This document shows positions 48,534 through 57,463 of a stretch of DNA of 64,000 bases, piece after piece. Numbering within the stretch: position 1 is the stretch's first letter; each line of letters starts with the position of its first letter. The position numbers and the translations under genes were made by a program. Location of the stretch: contig JADIMW010000003.1 of the NCBI GenBank assembly GCA_017694415.1, forward strand, positions 13,292 through 77,291, in the 5' to 3' direction. This DNA comes from Candidatus Caccoplasma merdipullorum. GTDB taxonomy: Bacteria; Bacteroidota; Bacteroidia; Bacteroidales; G3-4614. Below the pieces are notes generated by a model, which saw only the letters and a program-made list of their open reading frames with translations, did no database searches and was not told the origin of the DNA.

Positions 48534-48555
48534 GAAAAAACCGCTCGGTTTTTTC
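48534..48555 (+). terminator. hairpin after the GT2 gene
   Basis: Stem gaaaaaacc (48534-48542) pairs with ggttttttc (48547-48555). The loop is gctc. Confidence 0.5.
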
Positions 48556-48842
48556 CATCGCGTTTTTTCGCCGAATGCTACATGCATGGCTACCATTTAT
48601 TCATGCCCCCTACCCTCACGGAATTTTCTTTTTATTGTACGGGATACTCTGTTGCTGTGGCATTTGTCATGTCATGCCGCTATTCCGGAATATCGGAATG
48701 GCTTTGTGCAGGAGATATATGGACGATTCTGCCCGCGCCTGTCGGAATCTTGGAATAATTCTCGTTCTTAAGTCTGTTTTTCGGGGCTTCTCCGTTTTTT
48801 GTATTTGGTGGAAAACGAGAGAGAAAAAGGTGGAAAATAAAG

Positions 48843-48869
48843 AGCCGCGTCGGTATATTCGGCGCGGCT
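48843..48869 (-). terminator. hairpin downstream of lemA
   Basis: The arm agccgcgtcgg (48843-48853) pairs with tcggcgcggct (48859-48869) using two G-U pairs. On the minus strand the tail is ctttatttt. Confidence 0.55.
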
Positions 48870-48958
48870 ACTCGTCTTGTATCCCCGATTCGGGAATAGG
48901 GTTTGTTTTGTTATAATTGCCGCATCGGAATTGTTGGACACGGGGTATCCGCCTTTTG

Positions 48959-49540
48959 TCAGAACTCCACTTGCGGCGCCTGTTCTGCTCCTTCGGCGGC
49001 CTCGAAATATGTGCATTTGTCGAACCCGCATATTCCTGCAAGTATATTGTTTGGGAAGCGTCTTATGGTCGTATTGAAATCTTTTGCCGCATTGTTGTAG
49101 TTGATTCGCGCTACGCTTATGCGGTTATCGCTTCCTTCTAATTGTGCCTGCAATTCCAGAAAGTTCTGGTTTGCCTTCAGGTCGGGATAGTTTTCGGCTA
49201 TGGCAAGCAGCTTGCCGAGTGCCGAACTTACGGCTCCCTGTGCTTTTTGATATTCTGCCATTTTTTCGGGTGTGAGGTCGCTTCCGCTTACTGTTATCTG
49301 CGTTGCTTTGCTGCGGGCTTCCACTACTCCTTGAAGTGTTTCGCTTTCGTGCGAGGCGTATCCTTTTACGGTGCTTACGAGATTGGGTATTAAGTCGGCT
49401 CTTCTCTGGTACTGTGTTTCGACATTGGACCACTGTTGATTGACATTTTCTTCTTTCGACACCAGATTGTTGTATGCCGTTACTCCCCATAACAGGATTA
49501 CTGCGAGGATTACTAAAATGATGATGGTTGATTTTTTCAT
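48959..49540 (-). CDS. LemA family protein
   Basis: 193 aa with an N-terminal TM segment. The typical LemA blocks are YNNLVSKEENVNQQWSNVETQYQRRADLIPNLV and ENYPDLKANQNFLELQ. Confidence 0.9.
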   Translation of the reverse strand: MKKSTIIILVILAVILLWGVTAYNNLVSKEENVNQQWSNVETQYQRRADLIPNLVSTVKGYASHESETLQGVVEARSKATQITVSGSDLTPEKMAEYQKAQGAVSSALGKLLAIAENYPDLKANQNFLELQAQLEGSDNRISVARINYNNAAKDFNTTIRRFPNNILAGICGFDKCTYFEAAEGAEQAPQVEF

Positions 49541-49596
49541 ACTTGTTGTTCTATTCTTGTGTGTTCTTTATTGTTTTTATCCTTTGTGCTGTTTTT

Positions 49597-50553
49597 TCAG
49601 AATCGTGATCCTGCGCCTCCTCCGCCGCCTGCTCCTCCTCCAAAACTGCCTCCGCCGAAGCCTCCTCCGCCGAAGCCTCCTCCTCGGCCATGACCCATAC
49701 CGCCTAACAGTGTACCGAGGAGTATTGCATCCAACAGAGAGCCTGAACGGCGACGCCCGCCTCCCTGCGGTGTGTTGTCGTCGTTTTCGTTATCTTCGTC
49801 TCTTGCTACCGTATATCCGCAATTGCTGCACTTATATACAGTACGGATTATGTCTTTACCGTTTTCTTGTACATGCATTCGGCTCTGCGTGGGCTGCAGC
49901 TTGTGTTTTCCACACTTCGGACAGGTTCGCGAGGCTCTTGTTATCTGCCGCGCTTTTGTGGCTGCTATCGATATTATTATTATAAACAACAGCAACAGAA
50001 GCCATAAACTGGCGGTAGCTTCGGGTGCGGTGTCCGTATTTGCCGGCTCGCCATTAAGCCGCTGATATACGGCTGCTACGCCTTTTACCATTGCTTCGTC
50101 CCACTCTCCTGCTTTCAGGTAGGGTACCATCTGCTGCATCTGGATTCGCTTGCATATTGCATCGGGGAGGTCGCCTTCGAGCCCGTATCCTGTATAGAAT
50201 TGTATGCATCGCTGGTCGGTTACCAACAGTATTACCAGTCCGTTGTCTTTTCCTTTTTTCCCTACGCCCCAACTGTTCAACAGGGTATGGCAAAAATCGA
50301 AACATTCTTGTTCGCCTATGCTCTCTACTGCTGCTACAACGGTTTCTATTCCGGTTTTATTTTCGAGGGCATACAGCATGGAATCGATTCTGACTTCGGC
50401 TTGTTGCGACAGGATTCCGTCGGGATTTACTACGTACCGGGTCTTATCGTACAGATGTACTTTGGGCAGCGTCTCGGGAGTATATACCCCGGCTATTGCA
50501 TTGGTACATATTATCAAAAAAAGGGTTGCGATTATTATTGCGCAGCGCTTCAT
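49597..50553 (-). CDS. TPM-domain (YgcG-like) membrane protein with a 4-Cys zinc ribbon and a Gly-rich tail
   Basis: 318 aa with a signal peptide. The TPM domain is aa ~25-165. A TM segment LWLLLLLFIIIISIAA follows. The zinc ribbon is CPKC...CSNC (aa 211-245) and the tail is GGGFGGGGFGGGSFGGGAGGGGGAG. Confidence 0.85.
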   Translation of the reverse strand: MKRCAIIIATLFLIICTNAIAGVYTPETLPKVHLYDKTRYVVNPDGILSQQAEVRIDSMLYALENKTGIETVVAAVESIGEQECFDFCHTLLNSWGVGKKGKDNGLVILLVTDQRCIQFYTGYGLEGDLPDAICKRIQMQQMVPYLKAGEWDEAMVKGVAAVYQRLNGEPANTDTAPEATASLWLLLLLFIIIISIAATKARQITRASRTCPKCGKHKLQPTQSRMHVQENGKDIIRTVYKCSNCGYTVARDEDNENDDNTPQGGGRRRSGSLLDAILLGTLLGGMGHGRGGGFGGGGFGGGSFGGGAGGGGGAGSRF

Positions 50554-50599
50554 ATTCTGTTTTTTTATCTTTCTTTGCGTGTGTTTTTCCTGTTTTTCT

Positions 50600-52810
50600 T
50601 TATTGTCCCATGTATTCCAACTGGTCCAACATTATTGCTATCTCTTCGTCTTCTACTCCTCTTTTTTGCAATATCTCCTTGTCTTGTGCAAAGGATTTGT
50701 AAAATTTGCCGGTATCGTCCTTAAGGGCATCCTTGCTTTTTTTATAGAGTTCTACGGCTTTCCGAAACTGCTTTGTTACTAACGCTACATGTCCGGCATT
50801 GAGATAGTCTTCGGATGTGGGCGTCGCCGAGAGTATTCTTTCGTAGTAGCTTTCGGCCGCCGGTATTTTTCCCACCAGAAATGAGCACCATGCTATCGGC
50901 CGCCACACTTTTATGTTTTCTCCCGACAGGTATGCTACTTTGTAATAGTGCTTCAGGGCTTCTTCGTATTGGCCTAACGCCAACAGACAATGCCCGCACT
51001 GCATCTCGACGGTCAGATTGTCGGGTTTTATGGATAATGCTTCGCGGCAGTATTCGAGGGCTTCTTTTATTCGGCCGGCCGAACGACATGATGAGACAAG
51101 ATGCCGCAGTGTCCAGAAATCGGATGATATTATGTCGGCTTTCTGATACTCCGATATTGCTCCTTCGTAGTCTTTCTGCATCTGTTTGCAGTATCCTGCT
51201 TTTTGATGCAGTACGGCATCCTCGGGATGTTTTTGCAGAAGTTTCATGAAATAATTCTCGGCATAGCCGTAATACTCTTTTTTAAAATAGTATTCGCCTA
51301 TTATGCGCAGGGTTTCTTCATCTTCGAATATCGGACGGAGCAGTGCCGACTCGGGCAGATTTAAATGTTCTGCAAATATGTCTTTGTTTTTGAAACCGGC
51401 GGGTGCAAGTTTGAAGAAACGGTATAAATCCTGAATATACTGGTTGGATATGTTTTTTGATACCGCTGCTTCTCCGTCCGAGTCGCTTTTCATAATCTCT
51501 TCGGCTTCTTCTCTTCCTCCGGGCAAACGGTTTATCATCATGTCGCGTTGCTGCGGCGGTAGGTGGGTTATGGCCAATGCAAATGAATATTTGTCGGAAT
51601 TGCACATGAATCGCGATGCTTCTATTACGCCGGTCAGGTTTCCCAAACCGCTGAACGCTCCGGATATTTCACTGTTGTTTTTGTTATAGGGGCGCAGCCA
51701 GTTGGCTATTTTCGAGAAAAACGGAAAACTTTTGAGCGACGAGAATGTAGTCAGTAGAACATCTGCTCCTTCTATCTGCAGGTCGTTCAATTCTTTTAAC
51801 CGCTTGGAGATTCCACTGGAAGCGAGCAGGTCTTCCCAATCGGGATTTTTGTCCGCCATGTTGAGAATGTCGCTTCCCTTGTCCCAGTTTGTTATCTTGT
51901 CTTGTAACCCGGGTGCTATTTTCAGCATCTCGGGCAATATCTCTTTTGTAAATATGTCCGATATGCGTTCGGTCTCCATTGTTCGGATGAACTGGATAAA
52001 CTGGTTGCGAACGTTCCTGCGAAACCGCCTGTCGCCACTCATTATTTCCATTCTGACGGTCAGCGCCTCGGAGAGTGCGACTCTGTTCCTGTATATGTAC
52101 AACAATATTATCAGCCCGCACAAGGCTCTTTGCCGTACTTCTTCGTCGATGTTCCTTTCGTATGCATCGGCCAGCAAATGAATCTTGCGCTCGTCATAGT
52201 TGCTGAGCGTTCCCAATGTTATTGCGGAGACTGCCAAACAGACTGTGTCGCGGTCGGTAAATGCCGTATCTATGAGTTGTTTTGCGACTTCGTATGTCTC
52301 GGATGAGACCGGATATTCGACAAGCAACTGTGTAAAGAGTTCGTCTTGACACGCTTCTACCTTGCGCCGCAACGATGTTATCGTGGATGCGGGGATATTT
52401 GCATCTTCGACGTCCAATACTGCCGTGAGTTGGTCTTGTGCTTCGCGCAGGTTTTTTAATGCTGTCGGTAATGACAGCGTCTTGCTTAGTGCGTAGTAGC
52501 GTCTTTTGTCGTAATAAAACGACGATGCTGTCTTGGCGAGATGTTTATCGACTGCGATATCGGATATTTCGTACAGGTCGGACAAAAGCGTTTTGTACAG
52601 TTTTTCGCGTTGCGGGTCGGTTACCCCGTCGAGCATATACTTTATCATATACTTGTATGTTGTCTCGAGGGATTCCAACTTGTCATTCAACGCCCCGTCG
52701 TTTATGGGGCTTATCAGTTCGCGCAACGCATCGAAAACGACTTTCAGCCGCCGCTTTTCCAAATTGGATATTATGCCGTTGTAGGTGGATATTATTGTCT
52801 TATCATCCAT
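50600..52810 (-). CDS. cytoplasmic tetratricopeptide-repeat protein
   Basis: 736 aa with no signal peptide. The C-terminal ~230 aa have clear TPR-like repeats (e.g. YGYAENYFMKLLQKHPED, YEGAISEYQKADIIS, IKEALEYCREALSIKPDN, YEEALKHYYKVAYL). Confidence 0.8.
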   Translation of the reverse strand: MDDKTIISTYNGIISNLEKRRLKVVFDALRELISPINDGALNDKLESLETTYKYMIKYMLDGVTDPQREKLYKTLLSDLYEISDIAVDKHLAKTASSFYYDKRRYYALSKTLSLPTALKNLREAQDQLTAVLDVEDANIPASTITSLRRKVEACQDELFTQLLVEYPVSSETYEVAKQLIDTAFTDRDTVCLAVSAITLGTLSNYDERKIHLLADAYERNIDEEVRQRALCGLIILLYIYRNRVALSEALTVRMEIMSGDRRFRRNVRNQFIQFIRTMETERISDIFTKEILPEMLKIAPGLQDKITNWDKGSDILNMADKNPDWEDLLASSGISKRLKELNDLQIEGADVLLTTFSSLKSFPFFSKIANWLRPYNKNNSEISGAFSGLGNLTGVIEASRFMCNSDKYSFALAITHLPPQQRDMMINRLPGGREEAEEIMKSDSDGEAAVSKNISNQYIQDLYRFFKLAPAGFKNKDIFAEHLNLPESALLRPIFEDEETLRIIGEYYFKKEYYGYAENYFMKLLQKHPEDAVLHQKAGYCKQMQKDYEGAISEYQKADIISSDFWTLRHLVSSCRSAGRIKEALEYCREALSIKPDNLTVEMQCGHCLLALGQYEEALKHYYKVAYLSGENIKVWRPIAWCSFLVGKIPAAESYYERILSATPTSEDYLNAGHVALVTKQFRKAVELYKKSKDALKDDTGKFYKSFAQDKEILQKRGVEDEEIAIMLDQLEYMGQ

Positions 52811-52945
52811 AATTATCGGTTTACAGTTATCAACATCAAATATTATGCCAAACTCGATACCGATATTTTGTCTATAGCTTATACTGATTCTTATCTCTAT
52901 TTTACCTGTTTATCTTGCGGTTGCGACTTTATGTGGCTGCGAAAC

Positions 52946-53509
52946 TTATTCTATAATTTCCGCATCTTCTATATTGGAATCGTTGCCTGTTTTATTTCGG
53001 AATATTATCAGATTGAATATTTCGGAGATTCCGTATATCAGCATTATTATTCCCACAATAATCCACAGCGTGGAGGCCACGCTTTTAAATTTCACTATGG
53101 TAAGTATGCCTACTATTACCAGTAACGTAGGTGTTATGTAATAGATATAGTTAGAGCCTGAACGGACAAACGGATATACTGCGACTATCTGTCTTATTCC
53201 GGCCGTTACCATAATTATTCCTATGAAAAGTGCAAGAAAGGTCGTAAAGACTTCGGGCATTACAACCATTACCGTTCCCAGAACGGCAGAACCGATTCCG
53301 CCTATTACGGGGAAAAGCGATATGTCTTTGCCTTTTGAGCGTTGGAATGCTAACGACACTAATGCTGCCAGCAACGGAACTATCAACATTATCCCCAATA
53401 TTACGACTAATGTGTCGGTTACTTTATCGGCCCATTTTATAAGCATTGCTCCTACGGCTATGGATATTACGCTTCTCACAAGTGTCCCGGTCGGTTTGTA
53501 CATTATCAT
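52946..53509 (-). CDS. DUF308/HdeD-like membrane protein
   Basis: 187 aa with six hydrophobic segments. The repeated pattern GIIMLIYGISEI is typical of HdeD-like proteins. Confidence 0.7.
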   Translation of the reverse strand: MIMYKPTGTLVRSVISIAVGAMLIKWADKVTDTLVVILGIMLIVPLLAALVSLAFQRSKGKDISLFPVIGGIGSAVLGTVMVVMPEVFTTFLALFIGIIMVTAGIRQIVAVYPFVRSGSNYIYYITPTLLVIVGILTIVKFKSVASTLWIIVGIIMLIYGISEIFNLIIFRNKTGNDSNIEDAEIIE

Positions 53510-53782
53510 ATTCCGCTAATTTTATTTCTTTTTCGACATAGTGATACAAATGTATTAAATTTTCTGCAGCCGCCATTTACAGTGGACTAAATTATTTATA
53601 AATTTGCGATTAATCCGAGATTGGATTTTTGCTTTAATACGGGGATTTGTTGTTGCCCGTCATGCGACAATAAATTGCAATATCGGCTTTTATTCTGTTT
53701 TTGCGGCTATTCGTAAAGGCTGCACGGTAATTGTAGAGCATTGTTTTTTACGCTTTTATTGTAACCCTAAACGGTAACTCTA

Positions 53783-54742
53783 ATGAAACGCTTGTTGGCT
53801 ATTGTAAATCCGAAATCCGGCACATCGAAGAAGAACGATATTCCGGAAAAGATTGAGAGGAAAATAGCGCCTCTCGACATGAGTCTCGACGTGGCTTTTA
53901 CCGAGTATGCCGGACATGCTACTGAACTGGCTAAAAAGGCGGCCGACGACAAGTATGACATTGTTTTGTCGGTGGGCGGGGACGGTACATGTAACGAAAT
54001 AGCAAAAGCCCTGATTCATACCGATACGGCATTGGGTATTATCCCTACCGGTTCGGGTAACGGATTGGCCAGACATCTTGGTATTCCGATTGGCGTTAAT
54101 GCTGCCATAAAATCGTTGTTCGACGCCTACCATATTGTCGCGGTAGATTATTGCGAGGCTAACGGAACTCCGTTTTTCTGTACTTGCGGTGTCGGGTTCG
54201 ATGCCCAGATAAGCGAGAAATTCGCCGCATCGAAAACGAGGGGTGGATTGACATATGTGATTAGGTCGGCAGAGGAATACTTTAAATATAAGAACGAACA
54301 GTACATAATTGAAACCGCCGACAGGGAGATTAAGGAGAAGGCCTTTATTATTGCTTGCGGAAATGCATCGCAATACGGCAACAATGCTTATATTGCTCCG
54401 TATGCTTCGATGTGCGACGGACTGATAGATATTACGATTGTTCGCCCTTTCAGTTTTATAGAGGTGCTGCCTATGACGGTTCAACTATTTACCAAAACGC
54501 TGAACCTGAACCCGAATGTCAAGAGTTTCACTTCTTCGGGATTTAAAATTATTCGCGAAAATGCCGGAGTAATGCATATCGACGGAGAACCTGTCAATAT
54601 GCCGGCCGAGATAAATATAAAATGTATTCACAACGGGTTAAGGGTTATGCTCCCGGACATACAGGCTGCAAATGAATTCGAAGCTACTTTGCTTGGGCTG
54701 TTGTCCAACGTTTTCGGCATAAAGATTCAGAAGAACATATAG
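53783..54742 (+). CDS. diacylglycerol-kinase-family lipid kinase (YegS/BmrU-like)
   Basis: 319 aa. The conserved blocks are LAIVNPKSG ... VGGDGTCNE ... GIIPTGSGNGLAR. Confidence 0.88.
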   Translation: MKRLLAIVNPKSGTSKKNDIPEKIERKIAPLDMSLDVAFTEYAGHATELAKKAADDKYDIVLSVGGDGTCNEIAKALIHTDTALGIIPTGSGNGLARHLGIPIGVNAAIKSLFDAYHIVAVDYCEANGTPFFCTCGVGFDAQISEKFAASKTRGGLTYVIRSAEEYFKYKNEQYIIETADREIKEKAFIIACGNASQYGNNAYIAPYASMCDGLIDITIVRPFSFIEVLPMTVQLFTKTLNLNPNVKSFTSSGFKIIRENAGVMHIDGEPVNMPAEINIKCIHNGLRVMLPDIQAANEFEATLLGLLSNVFGIKIQKNI

Positions 54743-54880
54743 TTTAATATTGCGCCGTCATTCTGCTTTAGTTTTTACAGGAGGGCTCATTTCCGTACTG
54801 CAAAGATTATATTCATAGAGATTTTTATTCTCCGGTATTTTTCTTTGACGTGCCTTGGGGCTATTGTATTTTGCATCTTT

Positions 54881-54902
54881 ACGGCATGATGCCGTTTTTT
54901 TG
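54881..54902 (+). terminator. intrinsic terminator after the lipid kinase gene
   Basis: The hairpin is acggca-tga-tgccgt (54881-54895). Seven T residues follow. Confidence 0.6.
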
Positions 54903-54908
54903 TTTTGG

Positions 54909-54951
54909 ACAAAAAAATGAGGAGGATAAAATTGCTTTTATCTTCCTCATT
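54909..54951 (-). terminator. intrinsic terminator after tRNA-Thr
   Basis: A 16-bp stem with one G-U pair joins 54916-54931 and 54936-54951. The loop is ttgc on the plus strand. On the minus strand a T7 run follows. Confidence 0.8.
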
Positions 54952-54955
54952 TGCG

Positions 54956-55028
54956 AGCCGCAAGCCGGATTCGAACCGGCGACCTTTTCATTACGAGTGA
55001 AACGCTCTACCGGCTGAGCTATTGCGGC
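54956..55028 (-). tRNA. tRNA-Thr (anticodon CGU)
   Basis: Manual cloverleaf of the minus strand: GCCGCAA TA GCTC AGCCGGTA GAGC G TTTCA CTCGTAA TGAAA AGGTC GCCGG TTCGAAT CCGGC TTGCGGC T. The length is 73 nt and CCA is not encoded. Confidence 0.9.
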
Positions 55029-55057
55029 GGTTTCGCATCGTATTGCCTTTCGGCGTG

Positions 55058-55088
55058 CAAAGATACTTCTTTTTTTTTAATAACGAAA
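55058..55088 (-). promoter_or_regulatory. promoter for tRNA-Thr
   Basis: On the minus strand the -7 box is TATCTTTG (plus caaagata, 55058-55065). It lies 29 nt upstream of the tRNA 5' end. A partial -33 TTTc sits at 55085-55088 with a 19-nt spacer. Confidence 0.5.
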
Positions 55089-55118
55089 CTTTCCCTGTTT
55101 TTTTTGTCTTCTGATACC

Positions 55119-56597
55119 CTACTTGTATTTTACGCTGTATATCATCGTAACGTTGATGTTTTTGGTGTCTATCTGCGCAAAACGCGGTGATTCGAGATAG
55201 GGATATATGGAGACTACGGAACTGCTGGAACTGTCGTACGACAACCCTACCGGAACCAGTATTACATGGGAATCGCCTTTATACTTGTCGGCGGTTCCGT
55301 TGTTCGGGTCGTTCTTCAATATGTTCGATATGAATGCCTGTATGTTGCCGAAATCGTACGTTTTGGTGGATGAATTATACGATGCGTAATACGTGTTGGT
55401 GTTGTCGGGCAACATCCTGTTGAAGAAGAATATGTTCGGCGTCGTATGTTCTATGAGGTTGTCCGTTCCTGTGGCATTTGCATCGGCTCTTATCATCATA
55501 AGGTATGGGGGCGGGGTTATGTCGTATTCGTTATCGGGATACTTGACTACCGGTACCGACAGGGTTACGGAGTTTATTATGCCTACTACTCCGCTGCCTT
55601 CTATCGACTTGTTGTATGTATCTATTATATCGTTTACAGGCAGGATTATGTGTGCATTATATCCCAACGGGGTAGTCATTACGGGTTTGCCCTGCTCTGC
55701 CATATCGGTGATTTTGGTCTTCCACTGTGTCTCCATACAGTTTACGGACGAAACTTCTTCGCTGGATACCAATATGGGGGTTACTTGATTTACTTCTTTT
55801 TTTACGCCTTCTACTTCTGCCACCTCGCCATATACATTGTAAACATAGCTTTTGTGATAGAGGTTTATTATTGTCGAATCTATTCGTGAAATAAATCCGT
55901 CGCCGTATGTGTGGGTTATATACAGACCGGGCAGGTATTCCTGCATGTCTTCGTTTGTAAGGTAGCCTTTGTTGTCTCTGTAATAGTTATAAAAATCTTT
56001 TGCCCAACCTTGTGTTGTCATTCCGTTTCTGGAGAGGGGGATTCGTACGGTTACCGTATCGGAGGTTTGGTTGGATGAGCCTAACGGGGACGAGGAGAAT
56101 ATTTTTTCTCCCAGCTTTTTCGACAAATCGCAATATTTTTCGGGATTGACATCGGTAAATATGGTATCGGTAGAGTTTTTGGGCAGTAACGTATTGTTCT
56201 GGTATGCCGTTACTCTCATCGGCATAAGGTCATCGCCGATTGTCTGATTGACAAAGCATTTCAAAATTAACACCAGCGAATCGACCATGTCTTCTTCTAC
56301 CAAAACGGTATCTATCTTGCCTATGTACCTGAGATTGGTCAGATAGGAAGAGTTTACGGATGCAAAGTCTTTTATATCTATCTTGCCGAGCATGTGATAG
56401 ATTGCCCGGTTTACAGCTACATCATTCAATTTGGAATATACCGAATCGGAGTTCTCGGAGTATCGGAATGTTTTGGTCGATATTTGTATGTCGGAATAGT
56501 CTATCGACGAACCTATGAGATTGTTGTTATCGCTGCACGACACGGCCAGAATACCTATTATCGTGTAAAAGGCTATTCTCTTAATCGTATTTTTCAT
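55119..56597 (-). CDS. DUF4270-like lipoprotein
   Basis: 492 aa with a lipoprotein signal ILAVSCS. The family assignment rests on the conserved Bacteroidetes synteny with the glycogen-synthase-like gene and panC. It is recalled, not searched. Confidence 0.65.
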   Translation of the reverse strand: MKNTIKRIAFYTIIGILAVSCSDNNNLIGSSIDYSDIQISTKTFRYSENSDSVYSKLNDVAVNRAIYHMLGKIDIKDFASVNSSYLTNLRYIGKIDTVLVEEDMVDSLVLILKCFVNQTIGDDLMPMRVTAYQNNTLLPKNSTDTIFTDVNPEKYCDLSKKLGEKIFSSSPLGSSNQTSDTVTVRIPLSRNGMTTQGWAKDFYNYYRDNKGYLTNEDMQEYLPGLYITHTYGDGFISRIDSTIINLYHKSYVYNVYGEVAEVEGVKKEVNQVTPILVSSEEVSSVNCMETQWKTKITDMAEQGKPVMTTPLGYNAHIILPVNDIIDTYNKSIEGSGVVGIINSVTLSVPVVKYPDNEYDITPPPYLMMIRADANATGTDNLIEHTTPNIFFFNRMLPDNTNTYYASYNSSTKTYDFGNIQAFISNILKNDPNNGTADKYKGDSHVILVPVGLSYDSSSSSVVSIYPYLESPRFAQIDTKNINVTMIYSVKYK

Positions 56598-56617
56598 AAA
56601 TTTCTGGATAATGTACG

Positions 56618-57433
56618 TTATCCGCAGATATCATCGTAAAAATTATTATACTCTTCCATCCGGTTAGTATCGTCGTCGTTCAACTGCATATACTTTTTCC
56701 CGTTCTTTTTCGAGTATTCGGCGAGCAGTGTGGCTTGCGATTCGGATGCCGCAATTACTCCGTCGGAATATTTTACGGCCAACTTAACCATATCTTCGCA
56801 TGTCAGAGGGGTTCCGGCAGGGAATCCTGTCTCTTCGGGGGAGATGCCGTCCATCGACAGCTTCTCCATGAACCGGATATCCAGCGGCGAACTGAAACAG
56901 CTGTCGTATGCCGAATATACTATTTTGGAGTCTCTGAACGACGGGTCGTCGCTATAACACTTCTTTATGTACAACGGTATCAGAGAGGTTATCCACCCGT
57001 GGCAATGAACAACGTCGGGAGTCCACCTCAGTTTTTTAACTGTTTCTATTACTCCGCGAGCGAAAAATATCGCTCTTTCGTCGTTGTCGGGATACTCTTT
57101 CCCCGTCTGGTCCGACAATACGTCGCGATGCTGGAAATAATCTTCGTTATCGATAAAATATACCTGTATGCGGGTGGACGGTATCGACGCCACTTTTATT
57201 ATCAGCGGATGGTCGGTATCGTCTATTATCAAGTTCATGCCCGAAAGCCGTATAACTTCGTGCAACTGGTTGCGACGTTCGTTCACAACGCCGTACCGGG
57301 GCATAAATGTGCGTATTTCTCTCCCTTTTTCCTGTAAGCCCAATAATAACCCCCTGCACTTATCTGCTATTTCAGAACTCGGCAAGTATGGATAAATCTC
57401 TTGGGCTACGACAAGCACTCTGGTCACTTTCAT
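56618..57433 (-). CDS. glycogen/starch-synthase-like protein, N-terminal (GT5) half only
   Basis: The ORF track gives 319 aa from a TTG. I start at ATG 57433 (MKVTRVLVVAQEIYPYLP), which gives 271 aa. It resembles the GlgA N-terminal domain (HCHGWITSLIPLY). PSSEI replaces KTGGL and the C-terminal Rossmann half is absent. Confidence 0.75.
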   Translation of the reverse strand: MKVTRVLVVAQEIYPYLPSSEIADKCRGLLLGLQEKGREIRTFMPRYGVVNERRNQLHEVIRLSGMNLIIDDTDHPLIIKVASIPSTRIQVYFIDNEDYFQHRDVLSDQTGKEYPDNDERAIFFARGVIETVKKLRWTPDVVHCHGWITSLIPLYIKKCYSDDPSFRDSKIVYSAYDSCFSSPLDIRFMEKLSMDGISPEETGFPAGTPLTCEDMVKLAVKYSDGVIAASESQATLLAEYSKKNGKKYMQLNDDDTNRMEEYNNFYDDICG

Positions 57434-57455
57434 ACGGGTATTAGATTTTATTCTG

Positions 57456-57463
57456 CAAAGATT
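57456..57463 (-). promoter_or_regulatory. near-consensus -7 box proximal to the glycogen-synthase-like gene
   Basis: On the minus strand the box is AATCTTTG (plus caaagatt). It lies 22 nt upstream of ATG 57433 and has A where the consensus has T at position 1. Confidence 0.3.

Noticed and set aside
49600-49701. A repetitive cctccgccgaagcctcc-type DNA tract.
   Set aside because: It is the coding sequence, on the minus strand, for the Gly-rich GGGFGGGGFGGGSFGGG tail of the TPM protein. It is not a CRISPR array, a tandem repeat or a regulatory array.
54798-54810. A promoter-like AATCTTTGCAG on the minus strand pointing antisense into the 3' end of the lipid kinase gene.
   Set aside because: It lacks the TA of the TAnnTTTG box and has no -33 element or downstream terminator. 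It shares an 11-mer with the glgA-like proximal box, but that is expected for near-consensus promoter sequence.
54956-55028. The tRNA-Thr and tRNA-His loci were checked as integration sites of mobile elements.
   Set aside because: No integrase, excisionase or transposase ORF lies next to either tRNA. I found no direct repeat of either tRNA 3' end. Both tRNAs are intact and each has its own promoter box and terminator.
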